From assembly GCA_977017575.1 (NCBI GenBank), contig CDRNVI010000044.1, forward strand, positions 62,001 through 126,000: a stretch of 64,000 nucleotides of DNA, read 5' to 3'. Shown here in pieces: positions 1-11,230 of this stretch. The notes under the pieces are model-generated. The model had not been told where the DNA came from. It ran no database searches and saw only the letters and a program-made list of their open reading frames with translations. The DNA comes from Paramoeba atlantica. Lineage: Eukaryota; Protista; Discosea. Position numbers and translations under genes: made by a program. Positions within the stretch are counted from its first letter, which is position 1. Each line of letters starts with the position of its first letter.

Positions 1-29
1 AAAAAAAAGTTTTTTTTTTTTTTTTTTTT

Positions 30-92
30 GTCTTAATACAAAAAGTGGTCTTAATACAAAAAGTGGTCTTAATACAAAAAGTGGTCTTAATA
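30..92. repeat. 18-bp tandem repeat (GTCTTAATACAAAAAGTG x ~3.5) between poly-T runs
   Basis: Exact tandem copies are visible. The same unit recurs at ~21520-21559. Confidence 0.95.
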
Positions 93-118
93 TTTTTTTT
101 TTTTTTTTTTTTTTTTTT

Positions 119-245
119 CTGCAATTAATAAGGGGGGAGAAGTATGAATCGCGGCATTGCCTCTATAATTTGACCCAGTAGACGAACCAAGTACATAGTA
201 GGTCCATTAGGGGGGTATATGAATTTAAAACAAGCAATCAAATTA
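119..245 (-). repeat. ~125-bp dispersed non-coding unit, copy 1 (reverse orientation)
   Basis: Reverse complement is near-identical to 15530-15633 and 20712-20830 (ATTGCTTGTTT...CCCCCAATGGAC...GGTTCGTCTA...GCAATGCCGCGATTCATACTTCTCCCCCC). Confidence 0.9.
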
Positions 246-636
246 GCAATTCTTTTCATTTCCACAGAAGTATATTTTCTTGAATTTTTTTGTTTTTTCT
301 CAGCCCAAAACTAGCAATTTAATCTTCCCTAAGTATATACTACAAACAAGAAACAGTAAAAACTAAAACAAGCAATCCACGCCCAATCCATTCGCGCGTT
401 CCGGACCGGGTCTTTCGACCTCTCCACGGCCTGACTTGTGAACCCTTCCCTTGCTATATGGGAGGGCGCAGGCGCGGGCCTGTGTCGACAGCGACACGGT
501 CGCGAAACAGGATGCTGGTCGACGGGGAGGAGATTCACTTCCCGTGTACTACCTCACTTGGGGTACCTAGCCCTCGCGGGCCAGGCGTGAGCATAGACTC
601 TGTCGACTCGACCAACATCCAGGCCAGAAGTTTTCC

Positions 637-2079
637 TTACTCTTCTTTGCCATACCCCACAAGTGCAGGGCCTGTGTTCGCCGAGGGGAGGCGAAGAACG
701 AGCATACGCGCCTGGGAGCGCATGAGGGTGACGTTCAGACTTGTTAGTATTTGCTGTAACGCCCCCCCTTGCGAAAGTGTTCCACCTGAGGTCGCAGCTT
801 GGCCTTTCGAGACTTCCCGCAAGATCGACATAGCGGCCGGACTCCAGCATCCGTATGTTTCGACAGCCATAGCTGTGAACTTGATCTTCGCTTCTTCAGC
901 TTCCTTCCGTTGCTTCCGCTTGTGTTCGACGGCGTACCTCTCGGCGAATGACCCGGCTGCCACCATGTTAGCATCACGGACCAGGTCCGTATACTTTTGT
1001 TGCTGAACATGTGTGACAGCGAAATCAAGGACGAGGGCCTGACCGAGACCACCGTTCCGGACATAGACATCTGCGGGTCGCGTGAGGGCGCCGCCCGGAC
1101 CCCTGTTTCCCAGAGAGACTTCTCTCTGTGGGCTCAACCCGGCCTTGCTGCATTCAGCGGAGAACTGTTCCGCTAGGGCGTTGTGCCTTGTAATGATTCC
1201 GTGGCCGCACTTGCAGGCTAGCGCATGGTCCCCCCCAGGGCCGAGTGGGAGGCGACAATTCGGAATCGGGCAGTTGTGACCTTGAGGGTATATACTCTCC
1301 CCGAGCCACCAACGAATCAGAGTCCGAAATTCAGTAGGGGTGTAGGCATGACCGCAGAGAGTCGAGGGAACCGTGAAGGCCCAGTTGGATGCCCCGTCGC
1401 CCGTTTGTGAGAGCCACCTAGCCCGAGTGCGGGGATCCGCTCTTGCGTAATCTTCCTCAAAGTCTCTCGCTGAAATCGCATGACTGAGATCGCGTTGTCG
1501 AGGAATCGCCAAATCTTGAGAAAGGTCAATATCGGGGGAGGGCGAGAAGGGGCATCTCTTTATGACGGAGTCCTTGTGGATTTTCCCGGTAGATTTGTCC
1601 ACCATACACCCCCCTACACGCCGGTTAATGTCCTCCACGGCGTAAGAAAAGCCCTCAGCCTCATTTGCATCCCATCGATCCTTGTCGGAAGCGAAAGCTA
1701 CTGAAGCTACGTACGCTGAGGTGGCATGCATTTCCGCTGAGCGAAGGCCGAGACCGCCGAACTGTTTATTTCTTTGTGCTTGTCGTCGAGCCATGTCACT
1801 CAGTGGGCGACAAAACGTTTCAACCGTACGCTGAACGGCGTTGTCGAGTCTGCGACATAAGTCCAGTAGTTCGTCCGTCGGCGTCGTGCGAAGGGAGTAA
1901 ACCATCTGGCAAAACCCTGTGCACTGTCGGATGAGAGAGAAAGCGACCTGAGGGTCCTCCAGTTTCTCGATCGCTTCAAGGGATTCCTCCGCCTGGGAAA
2001 TCGCGCTGTCGAGGAGGAACTGACGGCTGTACGTCGTAGATCCGATGGGGCTTCCCAAGATGCTCAGATTACCTTCCAT
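637..2079 (-). CDS. CRE-like non-LTR retrotransposon (subfamily A), 5'-truncated: RT C-terminus + CCHC + restriction-like endonuclease
   Basis: Motifs ILGSPIG, GGLGLRSA, CPIPNC..DHALAC..TRHN and RPADV..LVLDFAVTH (PD..D). Confidence 0.85.
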   Translation of the reverse strand: MEGNLSILGSPIGSTTYSRQFLLDSAISQAEESLEAIEKLEDPQVAFSLIRQCTGFCQMVYSLRTTPTDELLDLCRRLDNAVQRTVETFCRPLSDMARRQAQRNKQFGGLGLRSAEMHATSAYVASVAFASDKDRWDANEAEGFSYAVEDINRRVGGCMVDKSTGKIHKDSVIKRCPFSPSPDIDLSQDLAIPRQRDLSHAISARDFEEDYARADPRTRARWLSQTGDGASNWAFTVPSTLCGHAYTPTEFRTLIRWWLGESIYPQGHNCPIPNCRLPLGPGGDHALACKCGHGIITRHNALAEQFSAECSKAGLSPQREVSLGNRGPGGALTRPADVYVRNGGLGQALVLDFAVTHVQQQKYTDLVRDANMVAAGSFAERYAVEHKRKQRKEAEEAKIKFTAMAVETYGCWSPAAMSILREVSKGQAATSGGTLSQGGALQQILTSLNVTLMRSQARMLVLRLPSANTGPALVGYGKEE

Positions 2080-2174
2080 GTTGATGTTGAGCCCGGGAAT
2101 GTCAGGAAAGTGGGTAGTTTGATGAGATGAGGTTTGTTTTTTGGTATCGTATCTTCAAATTCAAAGTAAGTCGA

Positions 2175-4199
2175 CTACATGACATCTGCTTTATCCGAGT
2201 CTACCGTGCAGAGTCTACTATAAGGATCGGCCGGATTTTCGCTCGAACAAATATACTGTGCCTGAACGGCGACACCTTTACGCTTTAAGAAATCTAACAA
2301 CCGGCGTAGCTCAGAAGTTATACCGTCTGAACGTGACATTTTTCTATTTATCGCAGCAACGCACGAAGTATTGTCAACATACAGGTCGACGCATGTATCC
2401 GAGTTGAAATGATGACCATATTTTTGAAAGGCCAAGCGAACAGCCCGCGCTTCCGCGCGGTTAACTTCATACTCGAAATCAGGGGGCCATTGAGATCCAG
2501 TGCACAACATTTGTCCGTAATCCAGATATAAAACTGCCCCCCAACCCTTCGAGGAGGCGTCTGTACATAAAATGTGCCGATGCGGAACTGTTTCCGGATG
2601 CGGAAGCGGAACCACCGGCGATCGATATAAAAGGGTATCGCGCCACTCAGTTAGCGCAACCCGTACTGGCGTTGGCAAGGGCACTATTTGATCGAGCAGT
2701 TCGGGTTCTCGATTTAACCTATTGATTCTCCGGCGCACAATTTTTAACTCCAGATGATATTGAGGTAGATTCACACCCATGACACCTGAGGCAAAAACCA
2801 GACGTCCGACACCTGCCTCTAACGATGAATACGTAGCACCAATAAATTCATCATTCTCTAATCTGCGGGTCAATTTTGGTCCCAGTGATACCTTCCCCTC
2901 ACGATGGTGATATGTTATACCGTTGAATGTGTACCGCTGCTCAGGTGGAAGACCATGATCCTTAAACAAGGCATTCACCCGCTCCGCTCTATCGTCCACG
3001 AATCGCGCAAAGTCGTTTGTGATCTTGTCATTCCCTGCAAATCGAATTCCATCGATATAAGTATCGAGGCCTCCATGAAAAAACGCCATTTTGTTCTCAC
3101 AATATTCTCTATCTCCAGCCAGCGTTGCAGTTAATGCGTGCATCAGCTCCGGTGCACACCGGTGGCCCATCGGCATCACCGTCATCTCATACAGGTCCCC
3201 CATTTTATTCACGAAACGAAATTTTTGACGGCATGATAACGGAATTGCGACCTGCCAAAATCCGCACGCAAGATCACGCTTCACCGCACTCTGTTCCTTC
3301 GCGCGGTGTAGATAGAAAGCTGCGTGTCTCACAGGAACATATGGCACGTAACTCTCCTTAATCCGCTCATTATCCTCCTGTGTCCATGCAATAAAACGTC
3401 TTCTCTCGGAGCCATCATCGGCCGGTTCAACAACAGTGAAAGGGATTACCCAATCCATCGTGGGGCGACTACTCTCCTGTTCTGCATCCACACGCGAAAC
3501 GAAACCCGCGTCGACCAACTCCTTTACATCTCCCTCCGGCAAGAAAGATCGATATGTGGGAACCCGAGATGCCACCCCTGGTAAAGATAACAACGTATTC
3601 CACGTCTCATCGAATCGAGCTCCCGCAGTCTCATTCATCATATTCCTGAGGGCTTGCACTTCAATGCGTGGAATACCTTTTTTCACATGCAGTGGGATGG
3701 AAAAATCTTTTGGGAGCGCTACTTTCGAAGTGCGTCGTGTACGTGTGATCGTATGCCGAACTTTCTCGTGAGGAATGTCCTCCAAAAACTTGCGAAAAAC
3801 AAAATCAGCGTCTACATTATGTTTAACCGGCTTGTCGCGTTCTGCGTACCCAGCGCTAGCGCCGTCGTAACGGGGTCTGCATTGTATCTTAGGAGTGACT
3901 CCAGCGACTGATGCTTCGCTAACCGCTGTACTTCCTCGAGGCTCGTACCCCCCTTTGCGACCTCGGCGAACAACTGAGTTATCGCCCCCCTCTTGGCAGA
4001 GTGCGTCCCGAATCCTTCCCCCAAAATGCGCCTTATTTGGCGATCCGCCTCGGATACCGTTGTTCGAGACATTGGCTGGTACCCCCCAAGTCTGGAAATA
4101 TAGTTCGCCAGCCGGCTCGTTCCCGGACCTTCCACTAAAACTAACTTTTACTAAGGTACTTTCTGTACCTTGTTGTACCTTGTTGTTGTTTTTTTTCAT
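2175..4199 (-). CDS. RT-RNase H ORF of a 5'-truncated VIPER/TATE-like tyrosine-recombinase retroelement (copy 1)
   Basis: RDLACGFWQ, MPMGH, TYIDGIR, LCTDASSKGWGAV, AEARAV, VDNTS and NPADPYSR. Clearly homologous to 16771..19623. Confidence 0.9.
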   Translation of the reverse strand: MKKNNNKVQQGTESTLVKVSFSGRSGNEPAGELYFQTWGVPANVSNNGIRGGSPNKAHFGGRIRDALCQEGGDNSVVRRGRKGGYEPRGSTAVSEASVAGVTPKIQCRPRYDGASAGYAERDKPVKHNVDADFVFRKFLEDIPHEKVRHTITRTRRTSKVALPKDFSIPLHVKKGIPRIEVQALRNMMNETAGARFDETWNTLLSLPGVASRVPTYRSFLPEGDVKELVDAGFVSRVDAEQESSRPTMDWVIPFTVVEPADDGSERRRFIAWTQEDNERIKESYVPYVPVRHAAFYLHRAKEQSAVKRDLACGFWQVAIPLSCRQKFRFVNKMGDLYEMTVMPMGHRCAPELMHALTATLAGDREYCENKMAFFHGGLDTYIDGIRFAGNDKITNDFARFVDDRAERVNALFKDHGLPPEQRYTFNGITYHHREGKVSLGPKLTRRLENDEFIGATYSSLEAGVGRLVFASGVMGVNLPQYHLELKIVRRRINRLNREPELLDQIVPLPTPVRVALTEWRDTLLYRSPVVPLPHPETVPHRHILCTDASSKGWGAVLYLDYGQMLCTGSQWPPDFEYEVNRAEARAVRLAFQKYGHHFNSDTCVDLYVDNTSCVAAINRKMSRSDGITSELRRLLDFLKRKGVAVQAQYICSSENPADPYSRLCTVDSDKADVM
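3812..4135 (-). pseudogene. Tyrosine recombinase C-terminal fragment (copy 1)
   Basis: THSAKRGA (HxxR), AKHQS and LLRYN catalytic motifs; overlaps the RT frame. Confidence 0.85.
4160..4188 (+). other. Spliced-leader relic with nested partial repeats (TTTCTGTACCTTGTTG-TACCTTGTTG-TTG)
   Basis: 16-nt exact match to the 3' end of the SL-like exon at 11177 and 58287. Ends 26 nt upstream of the ATG at 4215. Confidence 0.7.
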
Positions 4200-4214
4200 T
4201 GAGATTACTTAAAC

Positions 4215-5585
4215 ATGTTCGCTCGTCAAGCGAGATTTGGAAAACACTTCACGGACGACATCGGGGCGACATCGGGAAATTTTCTGCAAGCTACCCGGAA
4301 GGATGATTGTAGCGAAGGACGCTGTAGCGCTTCTCCGAACACCAGAATCACCGAGCCGAGCTACAATAAAAGTGAGACCGCACCGAAACCCAAGAAGACA
4401 CCACGAATTAGGGTTATCAGTCAAAGCACAGGAAAAGACATTTCTCCAATTTGGGCTGACCACGAAATTCATGATCAAGTGGAAGCGAAGAATTCGAATC
4501 TCATCAAGTTGAAGAGATACACGATGCGAAACAGAATTGAACGAGGAAATATCGATATAGAAACTTCGGAAAATGATGAATCGAACGCCTCAAAGTCCGA
4601 AGAAGAAAAAGCGACACAATCAGATTCTATGTCGACAGACGGTGAAGAAAACAAGAGCAACCCATGTTTCGCAAAAGCCCCTGACCAAGTCCAACAAATT
4701 ATTAGAGAATGGGGCAAAGGTACGACTTGCGAGGTGCGATGGGGATTTAGCAGGAATAAAGAGATGTATCACTCCGTTGGCGAAGTCGTAAAAAGATCCT
4801 CACGGAAAGGAATCGTAAAGATTCAGATTTCTTATAAGGAGGGCAAAGGAGAGGGTCCACAAGGTATCCTACACTTACCGTCGTCAGACAGAATTAAAAT
4901 ATGGTCGCTAAGTGCTGTTAAGCTGAATAAGATAAAGGCGATTGGGAATTTCCTGGACGAGGAGAATGAAGATCAAGACGAAGAAGAAGAAAGCGCCGAG
5001 AATAACCAAGACTATGAACCTCTACCGACATTCGTTCAAATCGATCCATCATTTGCAGTTCATGTAGTAGCCATCTTCCGATCCATTGTACGAGACTACC
5101 CTAAAACCATTTTAGAATCAGAGAAAACTGCCATATGGCATAAATTACTGGATGCTCCAAGGGATTCGCTGGCCACAGTTCGTCTCACTTTGAAAAGAAA
5201 ACAGAGTTCAGCCCACCGCCGTAGACACCGCGAGCTCTTAGATGACCAAAATCTGAGTGAAGAACAACGCCAAGAACTTGCAATCGATCAGCGGTCAATA
5301 AGAAACGCACTGACAGCAGCAAAAGCAGGAAATTTGAGTAAAGCAACACGGATTTTGGACAATGTATACGGAGGATTGGACAATGTATCGGAGGACTTCG
5401 ATCTTAGGTCAAAAATGTTCCTCAAATGCGAACAAAGCTTTCTGTCTTTCTCCCTTCCCTTCTCTCTCTTTTCTTTACTCTTTCTCTTGCCTAGAGAAAG
5501 ACCTCAGCGAGCTCTCCCCCCTTTCCTCCTCCTACGAATCCTAATCCTAATATTAGATTTCATTGAGAGTTACGAATGTTGCTAG
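4215..5585 (+). pseudogene. CRE-like element N-terminal region (subfamily B), 3'-truncated at about 5390
   Basis: YEPLPTFVQIDPSF..YRDY..W.KLL..SLATVR..RRR..RSIRNA..GNLSKATRILD aligns with 21740..24877. The C-terminal tail is translation of a pyrimidine tract. Confidence 0.75.
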
Positions 5586-6028
5586 TTTCCTTGATGATCG
5601 TACCGTTGTTTAGGTTTCTCATTAATACTACTACTCTTCCCCCTCTTCCGCCTATGCAGAATCGTGAGAACTTGTATGTATTGTTTCTGGTAGAAATATT
5701 GTTCTGTTTGTTGATTTTGTGTTGTGTGAAGGCTATTCGTAAACACTGAAAGTCTATGAAAAGAAACTGAGATGAATGTTCACAGACAGTGACACTAAAC
5801 AAAAGGATTAAATCCCCAAATGCATATATACGAATTATTGTCCCCGAAATATAATATGATTTTTCTGAAAACCGAAAAAAAAAGAGCAATGCAGGTGTTC
5901 GTCAAGGCTCTTAAAGTTTACGATAAGAATTGATCAAAGGAGATGGGACCTCATTATTCAGGATGCCCCCTACCGGGGGTTTTCCCCCCGAAACAAATCT
6001 CCCCCCGAATTAAAAAAAAAAAAAAAAA

Positions 6029-6230
6029 TCACCAAAGAACCTGCGGATCCGGATCTTTTTATCATTCGGGCCCAGATATCGTGATTCATTGGGCAAGCGG
6101 AGATGTATACTACGATTTCACCATCGTCCACGAGCTATCGCAATCAAATGTTGGACGTAGCACCGCTCAGCTTTTCCGAATCGTGGCCAAGGAGTCTCTG
6201 GGTGCATTTAAAAGCTTGTGCCGAATGATG
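6029..6230 (+). pseudogene. CRE-like RLE-domain fragment
   Basis: HQRTCGSG..SGPDIVIHWASGDVYYDFTIVHEL, nearly the same as the 41052..42491 protein. Confidence 0.8.
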
Positions 6231-6422
6231 GATTTTTCTAATTCTGTCTTGGCTTTTGGGTACGCACCGATGATTTTTTTTCGTAAACTTTTATAGTTTT
6301 TTTTTTTTTTCATTATTATATTATATGTTCTTAGATTCTCAGCGTTAGATTCTCAGCGAATTGAAATCAGTGCACTGGCGAAGGCGCATTGTTCCGTGCT
6401 TTAGAAGGCATATTCCCGACTT

Positions 6423-8774
6423 TTGTCCTCCTTGCGAAGGTATCGACTCAGCTGTGAATATGTATACCGAGAGTCATCTCTAGAACCGCATGAGAAAGTT
6501 TTCAAGTTGAAAGAGCTCCATCCTACAGGACCCACCCCCAAACGTTTAGAAGAAGATTTTCCACGAATTGGGGTAGTTGAGCAATCAGAGCTTCGGGTGG
6601 CAACAGAAAAGCTATCTCGAGGAGCAGCGCCGGGACCAACAGGCTTCAGCGAAAGCATGATGCGACTTTTAGTGGAAGATGAGGAATCCTGCCTAGCGCT
6701 TTGCCACATGTTTCGTGACGTCATAAATGGTGATGTGGCAGAAAGCGTACGTAAACGACTGACACGCTGCAGAATAATTGCTCTAGCAAAGCCGCAAAAC
6801 GGCATACGACCAGTTGCAATGGGCGACACAATTCTAAAAATATGCGGTTCGATTCTCTTAAACAGACACGAAAGCTCCCTCAAAACCCTTTTCCAGCCAA
6901 TCCAACGGGGTATTCTACAAGAAAGAGCCTGTGAGTCAATAGTGCATGAGTTGTTAGAGGAACGAAAAGACGGATACACTATACTCACAGTTGATTTCAA
7001 GAATGCTTATAATACGCCACATCGTACGGAAATAGCGAAATCACTGCTTAAGGAGCCGATCTTTAAACACTTCATGCGGCTTTTTTATCTAGAATATGGC
7101 CAGCCTTCCGAACTCCTTTTCTTCGCCAATAATGCATTACACTCGATTATAGAAAGTTCTTCAGGAGTAAGACAGGGATCAGCACTTTCATCGCTCTATT
7201 TTTGCTCTCTCCTGCAACAACCGTTGAAGGAGGTCTCCAAAAATTATCCCGAAGTAAAAATTCGAGCGTACCAAGACGACGTTACAATGAGCTCAAAGAA
7301 TGTAAAGTCACTGGAGGCAGCTTTTCATCATTTACGTGAACTTACCCAGGATTTGAATTTACATATAAACTACGGAAAATGCGAGTGGTTCCGAAACACA
7401 AACGAAGTATTAAATAAAACCAACCTCAAGGAGCTTGGCGTCACAACATGCGAACAGTCCATCAAAGTGTTAGGTGGATACATAGGAAGTGCGAAAGTTG
7501 TGGAACATAAACTGATTGAAAAGCTGAGTAAACATGAATGCCTTTTTCGTCGTCTACGGGTGATGGGGCCAAGTAACCTGTCGCTAGCAATCCTGCGTCG
7601 GTGTACTCTTCCACGTCACGATTATCATCTTAGAGTGCACGTTCCAGAGGCAACGTTTTCCCTCGCTGAGGTATTTGATAAAGAAATCCACAAAGTGTTG
7701 AGACGATGGTGCAATGCAGATGATGAAGCCCTCCGACTAGCTTCTCTACCATGTAAGATGGGCGGCTTAGGCATAACATCGACGATATTGAAGCAACGCT
7801 ATCTTTTTGCGATTTCCCGTAAATCTATTGATGAGCAACTTAAACCCACTAACGCTCCAGTAGATATCACGGGAGAGCGGAAAGGTGCCAACCACAAGAA
7901 AATTTCCAGCCAAGCTGCACGTACTGATTTCAAAAAGCAGATTAAGTTAGAACATGAAACACTGGCTTCAGAACTGATGCAAAAGGATAGATTTGCGGGC
8001 ATTATGAAGCGATCAAAAGAAGCAAATCTCCACTTGGCAGCGACAAATAATTACGTGAATCCGTATCTCTTCCGATATACACTCATGATGCGGCTTGGTA
8101 TCGCACTCCAAGGTGCGCCGAATGAAATTACTTGTCCAGGATGCGGCGCCACGGAAACACCACATGGAATCATTTCACATGTAGCTGGGTGTTCAAGATG
8201 TGCAGGGATGAACTGTACGAGAAAGCACTCCCACATCGTGCGCTACCTTTCCGATCTTTGTGCCAAAGCTGGAGTACCCTGCGCTATAGAACCACGCCTT
8301 CATTCTTCCTTCTTCTGCACGAAGTGCAAATGTTCCATTTCACCTGAAGCTGCAGAACATCATCCTTGTCGTGCTCGGAGAATTCGTTCAGGCCCTGATC
8401 TGGCCATAATGTGGCCAAATGTTGGGGAGATACTCTACGATGTGACAGTGGTGCACACTTGTTGTGGGAGCTACAAGCGGCAGACAAGCGTTGCCCTCCT
8501 CCAAAATGCGGTAGACCGTAAGCAACGGAAATATGTGCAGGAAAAAGGATTGGACCAAGAATACTTTCGCTGCATACCAGTAACAGATTGTGGTCTTCTT
8601 CACAAGGAAACTAAGGAACTCCTCAAGACACTGGCAAATAGGGCAGGCCTAGTCGTAGAAAACACTCGAGAAGCATTCCAATTGGAAATTGAAAAATTCT
8701 CCGCATACACTATCTTCTCGCAACTGCGGCAATATATGGCCCAAGAACATTGGGTAGGAAGTCTGCAATGCTGA
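6423..8774 (+). CDS. CRE/SLACS-like RT + RLE ORF (subfamily B), 5'-truncated
   Basis: GAAPGPTG, IRPVAMGD, VDFKNAYN, GVRQGSALS, AYQDDV, GGLGI, CPGC..H..GC..C..KH, and SGPD..YDVTVVH. Confidence 0.9.
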   Translation: MSSLRRYRLSCEYVYRESSLEPHEKVFKLKELHPTGPTPKRLEEDFPRIGVVEQSELRVATEKLSRGAAPGPTGFSESMMRLLVEDEESCLALCHMFRDVINGDVAESVRKRLTRCRIIALAKPQNGIRPVAMGDTILKICGSILLNRHESSLKTLFQPIQRGILQERACESIVHELLEERKDGYTILTVDFKNAYNTPHRTEIAKSLLKEPIFKHFMRLFYLEYGQPSELLFFANNALHSIIESSSGVRQGSALSSLYFCSLLQQPLKEVSKNYPEVKIRAYQDDVTMSSKNVKSLEAAFHHLRELTQDLNLHINYGKCEWFRNTNEVLNKTNLKELGVTTCEQSIKVLGGYIGSAKVVEHKLIEKLSKHECLFRRLRVMGPSNLSLAILRRCTLPRHDYHLRVHVPEATFSLAEVFDKEIHKVLRRWCNADDEALRLASLPCKMGGLGITSTILKQRYLFAISRKSIDEQLKPTNAPVDITGERKGANHKKISSQAARTDFKKQIKLEHETLASELMQKDRFAGIMKRSKEANLHLAATNNYVNPYLFRYTLMMRLGIALQGAPNEITCPGCGATETPHGIISHVAGCSRCAGMNCTRKHSHIVRYLSDLCAKAGVPCAIEPRLHSSFFCTKCKCSISPEAAEHHPCRARRIRSGPDLAIMWPNVGEILYDVTVVHTCCGSYKRQTSVALLQNAVDRKQRKYVQEKGLDQEYFRCIPVTDCGLLHKETKELLKTLANRAGLVVENTREAFQLEIEKFSAYTIFSQLRQYMAQEHWVGSLQC

Positions 8775-9137
8775 ATCTTTGAAGTTACTCCGGAAATCGT
8801 GCCAAAAGCACACAAGATAACACACAAAAAAACAGTGATGACGGCACATAAGCTAAAATGCCAGATGATGATTTGGTTTTAATCTCAAGACGTTGCAACA
8901 TCTTAGGACAGACATTGGTGATAAAGATAGATAAAAAGTGAAACTGAGTATGTGCAATGGTTATCAATTTTATCAAGTTCTAAAAGTTTATATATATGGC
9001 CCAAGAACATTGGGTAGGAAGTCTACAATGCTGAATCTTTGAAGTTACTCCGGAAATCGGGCCAAAAGCACACAAGATAATACAAAAAAAACAGTAATGA
9101 CGGCACATAAGATAAAAATACCAGATGATGTTGGGTA
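8732..9137 (+). repeat. ~145-bp direct duplication of the CRE 3' end (8732-8877 and 8992-9137)
   Basis: ATATATGGCCCAAGAACATTGGGTAGGAAGTCT... occurs twice with few substitutions. Confidence 0.85.
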
Positions 9138-9195
9138 GTGGGGACCTTCGATGAAGCTTCATCGAAGGTGTTTTTGACCTTTTTTATTTTTACTT
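9133..9195 (+). mobile_element. Solo terminus of the GG(G/C)TA MITE family
   Basis: GGGTAGTGGGGACCTTCGATGAAGCTTCATCGAAGGTGTTTTTGAC matches the end of 24872..25977. Confidence 0.75.
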
Positions 9196-9215
9196 ACTTG
9201 TAGAATCTTTTTCCT

Positions 9216-11135
9216 TTACGCGTTTTTTTTTAAGACCACTTTTCCACTACCGTATACATTGACGGGCGGTAAGGATTGAAGCGAGACGTTTTTGTGTGGC
9301 GCCCCCACCAAATCACTATCCTGGTAGGCGATATCTCGTGAAACTTGTCTCGGGTCAACATTGCCGTCTCTGACCACCGACTTGCTGCCTTCCAACAAAG
9401 TAGCAAGGTATGTCTTTCGCTGTCCGGTAGATGGAGCCACAGTTGATTTAGATCGGTCAGAGTCAATGGGGTCATCTGGCGTAGCGGCTCCGTCGCCCCC
9501 TCGGCCATCAATGATTTTACGTAGAAGCGCAGAGGATTCACCACTTGCCCTGCCAGGTTGAGAATTGATGCAAGGCTGCGTGCGTACGTTAACTTTGCTT
9601 GGATTCGAATTGGCAAACTTGCGATAAATGCGACCGCGTGAATTGGGGTGACCTCTATTCCCCTCCACTGACAAAACATTGTCAGTCTTTCCCACAAGCG
9701 AGCCCTCGCTTGCCACGTTGTTGTGCTCCACATCTCTCCCATGGCATCCAATGCGTTTCGTATTTCCGGTGTCAGTGTGGACACCCCCATTAACAATTTC
9801 ACCAATTTGAAGCGTGCTGGACACGCCTGCTGTAGACTCAAAGTTCCGCCGTAAATACTCTCGGATTGCACGCACCTCCCGCTTAAGTTCTGAACATCCT
9901 TCACAACCAAATTGCATTCCACTCTCCTCCGCTTCGGGGCTTGCGTAAAAAGGCTTGTTTGTTTTCGTTTGAATGTAATTATAGTACTGGCCGTTTGGGT
10001 GGAGATTAGTCATAAACTCTTGCTGCCTGCGGCAGGGCCAGCCACCCGCGAGCGAAAATCCTGATTAAAGCGCTTGGGACAATTGCGCCAGATATGTTCT
10101 GGTGACCGGCAACCGAAACACAACAAATTTCGTCGCTGAAGAGGTCCGGTCTGACGAAAAGGTACTGGATTTGGGCGTGAAACTTGCGTTCCTGAAGTAG
10201 AAAACGATTGGACTCGGGCGTACAGTTTTTGTCGTTCGACTAACTGATCGCTCACATGATGATAAAATTTGTCCTCTGGGCGTACATCTTTCTCCATTTT
10301 CTGGTGGACGAGATCAACGTCAACTCGGCGCGCCCGCCAGTAAGCATCCCGAAGGGTTTGAATTATTCCGCGTCCCATCTCGAGATAGACCCCTTGATTC
10401 CAATTTGGTATCAACCGAGCAAAAACAATCCACTTGCAAAAAATCGAATTGAACACACGTTCCTGCTGCTTAACGAAGCTCCGATCATAATAAAATCGGT
10501 TACCATGCAAACCAAATTCCGGGGCCTCTCTCAGCTCGCGAATCAAATCTCTGGTACGGAATCCGTCGTCGTCTAACGCATTAATCCACGGTTCAAAGGT
10601 TATCGGTTCATAAGGGTTCAATGCGTTGGGGTCAAGGAGCCTGGGCTTGCCCTCCTGTGGGGCCTCCGGAAGCGTCAAGGAGGGTCCCTCAATCTGTCTC
10701 CCCCGCCATTTCTTGGGCGCTACTTGGCAGTTCCCCAGACGATCCCACTGGCTCAGAAATAGGGACTTGCGAATTAGCAACTGATGACGGCACCTCGCGA
10801 TCCTCAATAATGTTAATCTCAAAATAGTCCAAATCCGGGTGAGGAAAGGGGTACTCCTTAGACGGCTTATCTTCCCACACCCCCCATAAGTCAAGACCTT
10901 CCTTGCGCAACTTGCCCATCAACGTTTGTCGAGCACCATTACGATCATCCTTGCGACGGAAAGATGCCTGCACCTGCACCGAGGGTTTCACAAATAATCG
11001 CTCTCTGGCCACCGTACAAACGAGACTTAATTCCTGCTGCGTGAGCGTCTCGGTAGGCACGAGCGACTCAGCAGTAGGGGAAGAACTACGCGACGACCGT
11101 AAAGCTCGCGTTGAAGGAGCGTCAACCACGGTCAT
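9216..11135 (-). mobile_element. VIPER/TATE-like YR retroelement copy 2 (frameshifted gag, YR N-terminal half), 3'-truncated
   Basis: gag is split over 10689..11135 and 10010..10894 and has CCHC CFGCRSPEHIWRNC. YR 9230..9922 has LLLCWKAASRW. An overlapping open frame runs 9216..10013. Confidence 0.85.
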
Positions 11136-11176
11136 TAGAAACTTTAACTGTCGCGAATTAACAAAGGAAATACAGT

Positions 11177-11212
11177 CAACAAGGTACAGAAACTGTATCT
11201 TTATCGTTAAAG
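11177..11212 (-). other. Spliced-leader-like exon (CTTTAACGATAAAGATACAGTTTCTGTACCTTGTTG) between two exact 38-bp direct repeats (11140-11177, 11213-11250)
   Basis: Has the core CAGTTTCTGTAC, 5' TAACG and 3' TTG of kinetoplastid SLs. It joins the downstream repeat exactly where the upstream repeat is preceded by AG. Confidence 0.8.
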
Positions 11213-11230
11213 AACTTTAACTGTCGCGAA

